Assembly (NCBI GenBank): GCA_951406725.2
Contig: OX597818.1
Coordinates: 10,354,001 to 10,418,000, forward strand
Direction: 5' to 3'
Length of the DNA stretch: 64,000 bases
Source: Octopus vulgaris
Taxonomy: Eukaryota
Below the pieces are notes generated by a model, which made no database searches, was not told where the DNA came from, and saw only the letters and a program-made list of their open reading frames with translations. Shown piece by piece: positions 1-12,517 of this stretch (its first letter is position 1; every line of letters begins with the position of its first letter). The translations under genes and the position numbers were made by a program.

Positions 1-593
1 ACTTGATTTTTATCTCACTAAATGCCGGACGATTTATTTCATCATTTATTTCAGTAATTTATATTTTAATTATACTGATAACCGATAACAATGTTAGAAA
101 ATTGTTGAATATATTAGTTTTCAATGAGATCGCCAATAACCCACCGCGTTTCGGTTATTTACATTAACACCGTTTTCTATGTAATGAAGCTATCAAACAA
201 TAATTTGTTTGTATCAAATACGGACTACTTTTCATTGTTGTTAAAGTAAGAGTTAGACTCCAAGCGAGGAGTGGTGACTGCAATACACCGTTTATGACCC
301 ATTTTTAGAATGTTAAATCAAAACAAGAGACTTGTATTCTCATCGAGCTTAGAAGTAGTTGGAGTAGCATTTTCCAAAGTGTGTCACGGCATAATTCTGG
401 AAAGGTCACGAAGATATAATCTTTTAACTTTTAAATATTTCATAAAATACAACATATCCATGAATATGATATACAATAAGACATGCACATAATAAGAATT
501 GCAGTAAATTTACTGCAAAAATAACTGAAGGATGACATGTATCCAAGAAAAGTTCCAATCGTTGAAGATGCCCTCATGAAAATATCATTGTAG

Positions 594-885
594 CACTGTA
601 TCGACCGGACTATCGGATGTTGTTACACACTGCTGGTCACAACGCGCTTCCTCACATTGTTGTTGCTCTCGAATGACGCCACTCAGCTGGTTAAGCGGGC
701 AGGCCAATCTTACCCCTAAGCGGAATACCAGTCTGTCGCAGGACTTAACTATTGACAGCTGAGTGGACTAGAGCAACGTAAAATGAAATGTTTTTGCTCA
801 AGAACACAACGTACCGCCAGTGTGGGAATCGCAACGACGATCTTGCGATCGTGAGTTCAAACTCGAATCACTAGGGCATGCGCCT
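594..885 (-). mobile_element. tRNA-derived SINE, local family C (tail variant 1)
   Basis: Reverse strand starts aggcgcatg with tRNA-like A/B-box remnants, then gttgtgttcttgagcaaaaacatttcattttacgttgctctagtccactcagctg, shared with the copy at 11051. Confidence 0.75.
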
Positions 886-1119
886 TTACCACTTGAATAT
901 ATATTCTTAACAAAAAGTTCACAGAGGAAAGTAACTTTACAAAAAATTAGTGTCGATCTTAGTAATCGTTGGAAACATCTGCTATACACCACGTTGCAAA
1001 AAAAAGAAATGAAACAATCAAGAGTGAGGCACCATACGCCAGGAGGTATTTCTAGAACGTTGAGCGTGCTATCTTGTTTCATCGTATCCTATTTGAAGCA
1101 ATTCCCTTTCATTTAGTCG

Positions 1120-1505
1120 TTCGATGATTGTATGATAAGAAGGTTGCTTCCCAACTACCTGGTTCCAGGTTCAGTCCGACTGCATGGCACTTTGGACAAA
1201 TGTCTTCTACTATAACCTCCGACCGAACAAAGCCTTGCGAGTGGATTTGAAAGACGGCCCATTATGTATATAGATGTATGTGTGTGCGTGTGTGTATGTG
1301 TCTTTGTGTTTGTGCACACTATACTACTTGACAACCGATGTTGCTCTGTTTATATCCCCGTAACTTAACGGTTTGGCAAAAAAGACCAATGGAAAAAGTA
1401 CCTTCTTTTAAAAAATAAGTACTGATGCGGATTTATTCGACTAAAAATTCTCCAAGGCAGTGGCGCTAGCATGGTCGCAGTCTAATGACTAACAAGTAAA
1501 AGATA
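1120..1505 (+). mobile_element. tRNA-derived SINE, local family A (CORE-like middle, internal TG/TA microsatellite)
   Basis: ggttcagtcc..ggcactttggacaaatgtcttctactata..aaagccttg and tail gcatggtcgcagtctaatgact..aagtaaaaga; recurs about 15 times in the window. Confidence 0.85.
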
Positions 1506-1884
1506 ATTAACATAACACAGTCACCTCACATAGCTGGAACGGTATGGCAGTTAAATACTTTTAGATTACATACAAGAACTAAGACACCATCTGAAGGATA
1601 AGCAAGCACTATTTCGAAAACCAATTCCATGATAGAATTATTTCACGTCCTCTTTAGATTTTATAAATTCTTATGATGTGTGTGTGTAACGGTATGTGTG
1701 TAGCTGGGTAACTGGATGACCAATGACTTTCGAGTGAATTTGATTGGTGGAAACTGTATGGAAGCTCTTTGTATATATGTGAGTGTCTTTGTGCCTATAT
1801 TTGTCCCACCCATCGCTATCGCTTGACAAGTGGTGTTGTTTTGTGTACTCTCCGTACAACTAGAGTATGGCTAGGAGTTTACTC

Positions 1885-2240
1885 AAACTAGGTGCCCTCA
1901 GCTTCCACCATGTTCTCAAGACGGCTCCGGAACCAGGCTCTCGCGTTCCTCACTGTGTCCCTAGTAAGATCTTCGAACATTTCCTTGATCTTGAATGCCA
2001 GCTCGACCCTGGTGTTGCAGGCAGAGCAGTTGATGTCTTTCTCAACTGCGCTCCACACACAGTAATTCATGGGCTTACAGTCAGGGGGATCAGGAGGCCA
2101 AACATTGGTGTTGGTGAAGTCGTAGAAATTCTTCGGCAACCACTTCTGATACTTTCCTGATGACACACATATGGTCTTCCAGCAGCAACCCCGCTCAGCC
2201 AGGGTTTGACCACAGTCTCTAGCAGCTTCACATAGCAGCC
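1885..2240 (-). pseudogene. Tc1/mariner superfamily transposase C-terminal fragment (maT/DD37D-like)
   Basis: YVKLLETVVKPWL..GRPYV followed by ORF 1888-2166 with WPPDPPDCKPMNYCVW (WPPxSPDxNPxDYxxW motif) and ..FRSRLENMVEAEG. Confidence 0.85.
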
Positions 2241-2299
2241 CTATTCAAAGGTCTGGGGTGATGTAAAGAAGCCCTCAGAACACCTACTTTGTACTTACT

Positions 2300-2620
2300 G
2301 TTGGCCACGGCTTCCTAGTCTCCGTTGCAGCTGTCCTTGTCACGTTTTAAGGCCTTTTCAGTATTCATAAAGTATTGAGCAGCAGTCTTGATGTAAGGAG
2401 TTTGATATGTACTAAAAAAAAATCTGGAATTAAGCCTTGGATCTAAGAAGAATATGAGATATTTCTGCAACGCATGAGTCGCATTTCTTAGACCCATTAA
2501 CATGTGACTTGGATTTCTCCACGATTCTCCACTTGATTGCATGTAATGTGGAGTTGGTATTCAAACCCCATACGTGACTAGTCAACTTAGTCGCATTACC
2601 TTTGCCAATGTGCCATAGGA
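2300..2620 (-). pseudogene. Penelope-like element, GIY-YIG endonuclease C-terminal remnant
   Basis: Manual minus-strand translation NATKLTSHVWGLNTNSTLHAIKWRIVEKSKSHVNGSKKCDSCVAEISHIL matches the PLE endonuclease C-terminal pattern (LS.yiW.L..IkW.I...kkC.lC..E..hIl). Confidence 0.7.
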
Positions 2621-4184
2621 AAACTGTTACTAAAGACTACTAAATACTTCATTATTCATAAAATCCGATATTACATCTAAAAAAGTAAAAAAAAAACTTC
2701 CTTTGTTATATTCGATGAAATAAATACCAGCAATATACAGAGAGGATTCACTCGATTATGCATCACTAATACCTGCCTTTACTGTCGCTATCTGCTGTCA
2801 AAAGCGAAGTTATATAATATTTTGTTCCCTTTAATAAAGTTCTCTACATTGAAGAAGTGTCTGTGTCTGTGTGCAATTTTAGAAACTTTATTAACTGATT
2901 TCCTTCGACACTCAGTATTCTTTTTTGTTTCCTTTACTTGAGTTTATATTGGAAGATTAATTTCTTGTTCTTTCGTAAACATTTTATAACATCGACGTGA
3001 TAATATTTAAACTGGCTTGCGGTAATTCATTGAAAAACACTTTTATTCGGAAACTGCTTTTTTCTTTTTCTCTTTCCTTTTCCACCCACTTCCTTTTGTT
3101 TATACAATATTTTCTGAAACAATATCGTTTCCCATAAATTGTGTTATGTTTGCCTTTCTCATTATAGTTCGTAGTCTTTACAATTTTCCTCGTGTGTCTT
3201 GTGTTGAACAAATAGCTGCCAATTCACTCAGTAGTCAGTGATATATATGTGTTTGTAGGCATGTATGTACAAACTCTGTATCAGTTTGGGACAGTGCTAT
3301 CATTTCAAACAAGGCGTTAACACTTCAGTTCCTTTGTTTTGTCTATTTTTTCCTGGTGACCGTCCCTGTTTTTTGTATAAACACATCATACGTCACTTTC
3401 TCCTCTCAAGACATTTTACGTACCGTTTTTCTAAGATAGAGAGTTGTCTTTTATTTATTTATTTCTCTGTTTATATATTCACTTATTTTCAATTATAATG
3501 TTGTTCATATATAGCTACTTTGATTGTTTGAAATTGTGAAAGAATGTTTAGATAAATATTCTCAGTCGAAAGACATTAACGATACTTGGTGAGCTGCAGT
3601 ACAAAAGCTGACACAAATTCAGTGTCCTTTATGAAATAACATCTTGGTCTACAACTTTAGCCGTGCTCGTGTTCATTTAAAGGGGCTTCTATCGTAAATA
3701 TCGTAGAAATAAGTTGGCAGTGAGCAAGTCATTTCACTTCTCCATGCGAAGTCCTTTTGTTTTGCCTCAGTTTTGTTTTTTTTTTCTTTTTCTTATCCCT
3801 TTTTTTTTCCTTTCCGTCCTTTTTAACTCCATCTGTTCTCAGTGTCAAGTATCAAGTAAATAACAGTTCATCAAGACTATCCTTCAATGGGTGTCAGACC
3901 TATTGACTTTTAGATTAAACCGTCAGTCACTTTTACAAGCCACAGTCAGTAAAGGATTTGAAATTAGTCCTGCAAACTAGTGAATATGATTTTTTTTTTT
4001 TTTGCTCGGGACAAAGGTTGCAGAGTTTAGAAGAAAGTGTGGATTATTATTCTTATTTATAACTGAAAAGTATGAAAGTCATACGATAAATTTACATGAT
4101 AGCAGTTAAGAACCAAAACCTCTGACTGTGACTGCGTGAAGACTAATTGATATTGATACAAACACCTGCCATTTGTTCATTAGT

Positions 4185-4618
4185 CGCATATTTCGACACA
4201 AAGTCAGCAATTTGTGGGGAAGAGCAAGTCGATTTCATCGTCCCCAGTACTAAGCTGGTACTTATTTTATCGGACTCGAAAGGATGAAAAGCAAAGACGA
4301 CCTCGGCGGAATTTGATCTCAGAGCGCAAAGACGGGCGAAATGGCACTGAGCATTATGTCCGACGTGCTAACGGTGCTGCCAGCTCACCGCTTTCATTTG
4401 TTCTTTGAATATTGGTTCCAAATGTTGTCATAAGGCCAGCAAGTTCGGAGGATAAGAGGTAAGTCGATTGCATCGAAGCCAGTACTCAGCTGGTACTTAC
4501 TTTATCGACCCTGGAAGGATGAAAGGCAAAGGCGGAATTTGAACATAGCATGTAAAGATGGACGAAATGCCGCTAAGCATTATACGGTGTGCAAACGATT
4601 CTCGCAGCTCGCTGCCTT
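4185..4618 (-). mobile_element. Two adjacent tRNA-derived SINEs, local family B (MetaSINE-like middle)
   Basis: Both copies (about 4185-4394 and 4410-4618) read on the reverse strand as gcggYgagctg..ttcaaattccgcc..tttcatccttYc..cgataaa.taagtaccag. Confidence 0.85.
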
Positions 4619-5621
4619 ATTTGTTTTATGAATATCGATCGAGCAAAATATATGTGGTGTTTCACTGTTTTCAACTACTCTGTATTTGTAAAGAACATAA
4701 CAAGGAAACAAGAAGAAAGCAGTAAAGTAATCAAGCAGTAAACTATGCAAGGATCTGTGTGAGTGTAAACCAAACTATGAAACCAAAAGATTTTCACGAA
4801 TACCTTATTAATAAGTCTGCCTAAATATTGTGGAGGTATATTAAGTTTCTATTCCTATGACTGCAAATATTCTCGCAGCCTTTCAGTTACGTTCCTTTGT
4901 TAGACACAGCGTTAATATTCAGTTATAATTAGAGTTGCTCTTCTCAAATAATCCAGTAGCGTTTAATCCACCAAAGCTTGTCTTTAAAAGATAAAAAAAA
5001 TTTTGATTTATTTTCATTTTCACGTTTACTTGCGAGTTTAATTCAGCAAAGAAGCAAGTCCGAATCAACTTATCAGATGTACACAGAATGCTATAATCTT
5101 AAATTAGAAATTTCTCAAACATAATATCCCAGCTAATCTACCCTGTATGAATCTCATTTCAAGTTTTCTTAAGGCTCAAACTATGAAATATGTGGATTAT
5201 AAAAGAAATCTAGTTGTCATATGATTATTCTTGGAGATACATACACGCACACATACATACATACACGCACACATACATACATACATACATGCATGCGTAC
5301 ATGCATACACATACGTACATGTGGGTACGCATGTGCGCGCGCACGTGTGTGTGTCTTCATTTCAGTAACTTGATGTTCCCCGTTAGAGCAAAATTAATCA
5401 AAATAACGGAAGCGCCTCTGCATAGTTACTCGACCTTCTAAAAGTAACAACCACATTCCCCCAGAATCTCATATACCATCAGTCTTAAATAGGGAAAGGA
5501 CATATTAGAATGTTGTAATCGTAAATAACATCTTTAAAATACACACACACGCATGCATGCATACATACATACATACATACATACATACATACATACATAC
5601 ATACATACATACATACATACA

Positions 5622-6500
5622 TCATGGTATTATCTACCGATGAGACATAATGCTGTTGACAGGATGTAGTATAATAAGATCCGTTGGAAGGATAACCCCG
5701 AGGCCAAAGAAATAAGAACCCACAGTATGGTAGAAGCCATAGCCACTCATTATAAAAAGGAGTATAGGTGGAATGTCCCCGTGAAGACCTCAATAAAATG
5801 TAAACACAATAGACCTGATATAATGATTTGAGAAAGAGAAGAAAAACTGTATTCAGTTGTGGAAATCAGCTGCCCAGCGGATGTTAATATAAAGTCGAAG
5901 ACCAGTGAAAAATGAATACCTACTCTCAACTTTTGAGAAATCTGCAGTTACTCTATCCAGATTATAAGTTCAGGTTTATGTCTGTAACTATTGGGGCTCT
6001 AGAATATGTAAATGTTGTATCCGCCGTCTCTAATGTCGTAGTGCCGCCACGATATTGTAACGGATGATTTTGATACACTCTACCAGTGTTGTAACAATAA
6101 GCAAGATAACGATGCAGCCGTAATAACAAGGTGACTATCCAAAAATCTCTTCACGAACAAACAATCAATATTCGAACGAACTAACCAACCGACACCTTCC
6201 GACTTCCCTGCGAATTCAACTCGAACTGATACACAAACTTCACTCCGACCGCTACTATTTATAATCACTCGGTCCAGAGTATTTCTCACAAGGGGGTGTC
6301 GTGACTCTCATCACAACAGTAACATTCTACCTAAATACCAATCTTGAGAAATTAGGCTTCTCAAGACCAGAAAAGAGAAAGCTGATTCGAAGACTACAGA
6401 TCCAAGTTATCACTGGAACTGTAAAATCTAATAGCATGTCTAGACATGCAACTATATGCTTAAAATACATGCATAAAACAAAAAAATACAAATCTGCACA
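5622..6500 (+). mobile_element. 5'-truncated non-LTR retrotransposon with restriction-like endonuclease (R4/Dong-like), interrupted by a solo LTR
   Basis: YYLPMRHNAV..YRWNVPVKTSIKCKHNRPDIMI*EREEKLYSVVEISCPADVNI..LRNLQLLYPDYKF..IGALEYV | NTNLEKLGFSRPEKRKLIRRLQIQVITGTVK; PD..E motif, with stops and a frameshift. Confidence 0.85.
6013..6318 (-). mobile_element. Solo LTR (306 bp)
   Basis: Termini TGTTGT..ACAACA; 5-bp TSD GTAAA/GTAAC; TATAAATA on the minus strand near 6255-6262; splits the LINE coding sequence. Confidence 0.75.
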
Positions 6501-7240
6501 TATGCATACATACATACATACATACATACATACATACATACATACATACATACATACATACATACATACATACATGCCCTATACATATCCTATACATACC
6601 CCTAGAACCCCATGTACCGTTAGTCTTAAATAGGGAAAGAACATATTAGAATGTTGTAATCATAAATAAAATCTGCAATACACACACTCACACACACACA
6701 CAAATACATACATACATGCATACATAAATACATACATACATACATACATACATACATACATACATACATACATACATACATACATACATACATAAATCAT
6801 GGTATTATCTACCCACGAGACAGAGTGTTGTAGACATACATACATACTCTATTGGCAAAAAATCTTGAAATAAAACTGAATAATGACATACATATATACA
6901 TACATATATACAAACATACATACATACAAACATACATACATACAAACATACTTACATACGTACATACATACATACATACATACATACATACATGCATACA
7001 AACATACATACATACATACATACGTACATACATACATACATACATACAAACATACATTCATACATACATACATACATATATACAAACATACATACATACA
7101 AACATACATACATACGTACATACATACATACATACATACATACATTCATACATACATACATACGTACATACATACATACATACATACATACAAACATACA
7201 AACATACATACATACAAACATACATACATACATACATACA

Positions 7241-7271
<31 letters not shown>

Positions 7272-8856
7272 CAGAATAGTCGCGGCCTTGATAATTTTAA
7301 TTTTCTTTGTTAATTTGTTTCTGAATTATACATAAAATCAATTGAAGAAATTAGTAAAAGCGAGGTGTTAGTCAACCCACTGATTCTTCCAGAAGAGCCT
7401 AGCTGTTATTTCCCATTGAAATTTTAGATGTGAATTCCGGTCTTGAATGTCGCGAGTAACTAGTTTTATCATCTCTTTGCCAGGTGTATAAATTTTATCA
7501 GTATTTCGAAAGAGATTTACTCTTTTAGGTTTAATGAATTAAACAACCAAGAAGAAATGGATAAAATTTCAGTATTACTACACGAAGGGTCTTATCTTTT
7601 AAAACACACTACAAAAAAAAGTTCGAATCTTTAAACAGGAGTGTAGTTTGGACTTTGTGACCCCGGAAAGAAGAGATACATTTCTGACTGGGAATCTGAT
7701 ATTTTTATAGCAGAACTAATATATTTTAAAGAGCGTAACCTATAACCAACAGATTTTATTCAGATAAAGTGAATCAAAGTCATTGTGAAGATCCGGTGGC
7801 CAGAGTATACAGAGAAATTAGAAATAGCTGAGTCCAACAAATTTAAAAACAAACTCGCCAAGAGAAATAGAAAAGAAAATTTTTTCACTGCTGTGTGCGC
7901 ATGCACGAATTTGTGTTTGTTCATCGCTCCTGAGCAACCGGTGTATTTTCGTTTAGACTCCCATAACCGGATGGTTTTGTAATAAGGAATCGATAGAATA
8001 ATTACCAGTCTTCAAAGAAGTGCTGAGGTGTATCTGCTCAACTAAAACCCTTTCAATCTGTTACTACAGCATAGCTGCGGTCACAAACATCGCGATGAAA
8101 TGATTAAGCCTCTACAAGTTCGCTTAACCTAAATCTGCAGGAAATAACAGCCGCATCTTCCTCAAATCACTCTCTACCAACTAGAAAAGGGAACACCTTG
8201 TATAACTTAATTTTGGACGCTCCCACCTTACAATACGTTTTTTAGCAAGCTGTTGAAATCGAATCTAAAATGTAACAACCTACAAATTTGGTTCTTATCT
8301 CTCCAAACTTCATGCGAACATTTAAGACTGCAAAATACACACACACTCACAAATTCTCCCACCCACTCCACTCTCTCTTTCTCTGTCCTTCTCTCTCTTT
8401 GACTCACAGTTCCTTTATTTCTTTCCAACACAATCGCTAAGTAAACAAATGTTCCTGTGAAGGACAGCTGTACATGTAAAGTCAAACCTTTAAAAACAGG
8501 TCTAAACCTCACTTATCAGATGTGTACAGGATGCTAATGTCTTAAAATCCAATAGGTCCAAAACACACTCACCTTACTAATCTTACTTGTATGAATCAGA
8601 TTACAGGTTCTTTCAGGTGTAATCTGTAAAATATGTGAATTAGAATAGGAATCATGTTCTCACATGATTCCACGAAAAGATGATATTTGTTTTGCCCTTT
8701 TTACTCTTTTCTTACACTCATTAGAGCAGTGTCCTTACCCTAGCAGAATCACAGTGTCAATTTCAATGCTTTGTCGATCATAGTTATCTCGCAGTACTTA
8801 TTTTTAAATCTGGGATTCGTCATATTCATTCTGTCAAAAGAAGTAAAAGAATAATA

Positions 8857-8914
<58 letters not shown>

Positions 8915-8924
8915 TATATAGAAG

Positions 8925-8977
8925 GAGCTTCTACAGGACTAGAACTGTTTCATTCAAGAGAAATCTTCAGGAAGCTC
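8925..8977 (-). ncRNA. Type I hammerhead ribozyme motif
   Basis: GAGCUUC-CUGAAGA-UUUC(UCUU)GAAU-GAA-ACAG(UUCUAGUC)CUGU-A-GAAGCUC: 7-bp stem I, short stem II, 4-bp stem III, GUA cleavage triplet. Confidence 0.8.
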
Positions 8978-9102
8978 TTTGATGGTTATAAGGGCACTAG
9001 GGTGTGCTAGGATATGTAGGTCCCGGGTTGATTCGGGGTTAACCACAGTAAATAAGGTACTCAATACATAGCAGAGTAAAATTCATTTATTATATAGAAG
9101 GA

Positions 9103-9151
9103 GCTTCTACAGGACTAGAACTGTTTCATTCAAGAGAAATCTTCAGGAAGC
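9103..9151 (-). ncRNA. Type I hammerhead ribozyme motif (second tandem copy)
   Basis: Core identical to 8925-8977, with 5-bp stem I GCUUC/GAAGC. Confidence 0.78.
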
Positions 9152-9154
9152 AGA

Positions 9155-9199
9155 TTTCTGAAGATTTCTCTTGAATGAAACAGTTCTAGTCCTGTAGAA
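9155..9199 (+). ncRNA. Hammerhead motif, inverted copy with truncated stem I
   Basis: ctgaagatttctcttgaatgaaacagttctagtcctgtagaa; stem I reduced to UUU/GAA. Confidence 0.55.
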
Positions 9200-9285
9200 G
9201 CTCCTTCTATATAATAAATTAATTTTACTCTGCTATGTATTGAGTACCTTATTTACTGTGGTTAACCCCGAATCAACCCGGGACC

Positions 9286-9350
<65 letters not shown>

Positions 9351-9434
9351 CGGAGATGTACTTGCATAGCGAGTGACTTGATCTGAGATCGTGTGCTGGA
9401 ACGAAAGCAATTGCAGCGTGGAGACAACCAATGA

Positions 9435-9585
9435 CACCGACCCCAGTACTCAACTGGTACTTATTTCATCGACTACAAAAGGAAAAGTCGACTTCGACGA
9501 AATTTGAACTCAGAACGTAAAGACGGACGCAATGCCGCTAAGCATTTTTCTGGTACGCTAACGACTCTGCCAGCTCGCTGCCTTT
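9435..9585 (-). mobile_element. SINE family B
   Basis: ccccagtactcaactggtacttatt..gaaatttgaactcagaacg..ctgccagctcgctgcct. Confidence 0.85.
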
Positions 9586-10116
9586 GTAAATATCATGCAG
9601 TATATATAATATGTATATGCATGTATGTATGTATGTATGTATGTATGTATGTATGTATGTATGTATGTATGTATGCATGTATGCTAAAATGCATGTGTGT
9701 GTGTGTTCCTTTGAACTTCCTAATCCACTGGAGAATAAAGAAACATTTCAATCTGCAAAATAAACTCTCATCAAAGGATTTGAACATCATTCTCTTCAAC
9801 TATAACGGAATACTTGTCAATTACTGTCGTTATCTTCTTACTTTGGGAAAATTAATTGGGACAAGCAACGCCATCTATTTATAGTTAGGTCGACCTGTCA
9901 AATTGAAAAGTGATTACCTCCTCATTACAAACGGTAGATTGGCAGAATTAGACGAGCAACGGTTAAGATAGTTTAAGATATTTTTGTTATGTCTGTTAAT
10001 ATTCTGAGTTCAAATCCCTCTGGATTTTTTAAACCTCAGAATTCGATAAAATAAAGTACTAGTAAAATAGCAGGATCTATCTATTCTACTGTTTCCTCGA
10101 AAAAAAATATGTGACC

Positions 10117-10177
10117 AGGCGTGGTTGTGTGGTATGAAGATTGCTTACCAACCATAGGCGCGCGCGCGCACGTGTGT

Positions 10178-10242
<65 letters not shown>

Positions 10243-10686
10243 CGTGCGTGTGTTTTTGCCCTTTCTCTGCTTGACAAGCGGTGTTGCTTGCTTATATCCC
10301 CGTAACCTAGCAGTTTAGCAAAATCAATATTCTAAATAAGTACTGGGGTCGATCAAATAGACGCCAATACTTTAAGGCACTGCTCCAGCATGGCATCAGT
10401 CCTGTTTACTTAGTGAAATAAAAGAATACCTTCTTTAAAGCAACCGCTGGTTAGAGAAGCCCTGGATTCCCAGTACATAAATGAAAGGGTGATCAAAGAG
10501 GAAAAAATGTCTTTACAGAGCTAGACAACAACAATTGACCTATTCTTTTATTTGTTTCAGTAATTTGACTGCGGCCATGCTGGAGCACCGCCTTTAGTCG
10601 AGCAAATAGACCCCAACACTTATTCTTTGTAAGCCTAGTACTTATTCTATCGGTCTCTCTTGCATACACACACACACACATATATG

Positions 10687-10774
<88 letters not shown>

Positions 10775-10955
10775 TGTATATATATATACACGACGGGATT
10801 CTTTCAGTTTCCGTCTACCAAATCCACTCACGAGGCTTTGGTCGGCCCGAGGCTATAGTAGAAGACACTTGCCCGAGGTGCCACGCAGTGGGAATGAACT
10901 CAGAACCATGTAGTAGGTAAGCAAGCTACTTACCACACAGCCACTCCTGCGCCTA
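10117..10955. mobile_element. Two family A SINEs, tail-to-tail (+ 10117-10430, internally deleted; - 10540-10955)
   Basis: Family A head and tail motifs in opposite orientations. Confidence 0.85.
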
Positions 10956-11050
10956 TATATTTTCAACAAGAGAGTTTCTTAAGGGTCGCTCAAACTGATT
11001 AAAATCGCGGCCTACTCAGCTTAGAAAAAGGGCCATATTCGATAATATAA

Positions 11051-11385
11051 AGGCGCGTGGCTCATTGGTTAGAGCATCGGGCTCACAATCATGTGATAGT
11101 GAGTTCGATTTCCGGACAGAGCTATGAGTTGTGTTCTCGTGCAAAGCACTTTATTTTATATTGCTGCAATTCACTCAGCTGTAAAAATTAGTTACGACGT
11201 CACTGGTGCCAAGCTGTATCGGCTTTTGTCTTTTCTTTGAATAACATCGATGGCGTGGAGAGGGGAGACTAGTACGCATGGGCGACTGCTGGTTTTCCAT
11301 AAACAACCTTGCCCGGTCTTGGGCCTCGGAGAGGAACTTTCTAGGTGCAATCCCATGCTCATTCATGACCGAAGGGGGGGTCTTT
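11051..11385 (+). mobile_element. tRNA-derived SINE family C (tail variant 2)
   Basis: A box tggctcattgg, B box gagttcgatttcc, middle ..cactcagctgtaaaaa, tail gaactttctaggtgcaatcccatg..cattcatgaccgaagg. Confidence 0.85.
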
Positions 11386-11429
11386 GTATCTGAAAATCAG
11401 TGAGATGGCTATGGCTTGAAATACTTGTA

Positions 11430-11860
11430 CATGGCTGTGTGGTTAAGAAGCTAGCTTTGCAACAACCAAGTGATTTTGGATTCGGTACCGCTGCTGCAGC
11501 AAATTGGACAAGTGTTTTCTAGTATAGACCTGGTGTGCCTTGTGAGTAAATTTGTACTCGGAAACTGGGTTTCAAACCCATTGTATATATGTAATGTGTG
11601 TGTGCGAGCGCTGTAATATCTGTGTGTGTATGTGCATGTCTGGGCGCTTGTATTTGTCCCCCTCACCCCATTCACTGACAACCGTCATTAGTTTGTTTAC
11701 GTCCCTGTAACTTAACTGTTTAGCAAAACGAAAGTGATAGACAAAGTGGAGCCTGATTTAAAAAATAATGTGGTTGATTTGTCCGACTAAACTGTTCCAA
11801 GCGTTGCTCCCGCATGGTCGTAGTTCACTGACTGAAACAAGTGAAAGATAAAAGATAAGA
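11430..11860 (+). mobile_element. SINE family A
   Basis: catggctgtgtggttaagaagct..gactgaaacaagtgaaagata. Confidence 0.8.
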
Positions 11861-12517
11861 GATATCTGTTCGATCAGAGCTAACTCAACAACAACAACAG
11901 CAGCAACTATTGATTTCACCAGCTGCAGTTCAAAACTATTTTTTTTAAATTTTCTCGAAATATTTCAATTCAATGAAAAATGGTAAAATTCTTTTGAATG
12001 CAATACAGCACGATAGCTAAATATTTGGAACATTGCTTTCAAATATGTTTTAAACATATAAATATTTTATAAAACATTAAATAGGCTTTCACATACTGAA
12101 ATAATTTGGTAAATGTTTCATGGTGTTTCATACAATTTAATCATGCTAGTGTTTGCTATATCTACACCTGTAACTACACAATACATTTTTCTCTTTACCG
12201 TGAGAGATCAATAGGTCTCAAATTTGGTTTACCCATTGACGAGCGCGTAGCTTGAGTATAAACCTAATATTATCATTAAATATATTTCAACTGTATATAT
12301 ATTGGGAACAATGGCGTATTTTCGTGTTATTTTTGTTGCTTAGCTCAATTCAGTCATCATTTGAATGAGCAGAACATAAAATTATCATCTTTATTTATTT
12401 ATTTATGTTTTTATTTACAGTCATCTAGCTATTTATTTATTTGAGACTTAATACACATAGGGCTACATAATTCGATCATGTCTTTTTTTCTCATGGTTTT
12501 CAGACAAGGCTGTCTAG

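Larger units (their letters stand above)
5541..7270. repeat. (TACA)n microsatellite blocks (5541-5621, 6505-6575, 6705-6795, 6885-7270)
   Basis: Seen directly; source of the YIHT/MYVC pseudo-ORFs. Confidence 0.95.
8908..9290 (-). mobile_element. Non-coding Penelope-like/retrozyme-like element: partial tandem (176-bp period) plus inverted copy
   Basis: 8908-8975 is repeated at 9085-9151; 9013-9147 is inverted at 9158-9290; embedded in (TA)n; carries hammerhead motifs. Confidence 0.8.
10970..11905 (+). repeat. Old dispersed repeat, local family D, split by SINE C and SINE A insertions
   Basis: Three pieces (10970-11050, 11385-11430, 11860-11905) are collinear with the D copies at 20900 and 28870; ends in (AAC)n. 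Confidence 0.5.

Noticed and set aside
3715-3775. MIR/CORE-like motif gcaagtcatttcacttctc..gcctcagttt
   Set aside because: Too short and interrupted, with no head or tail found.
11051-11125. tRNA gene
   Set aside because: It is the head of a multi-copy SINE (family C) and the cloverleaf is incomplete.
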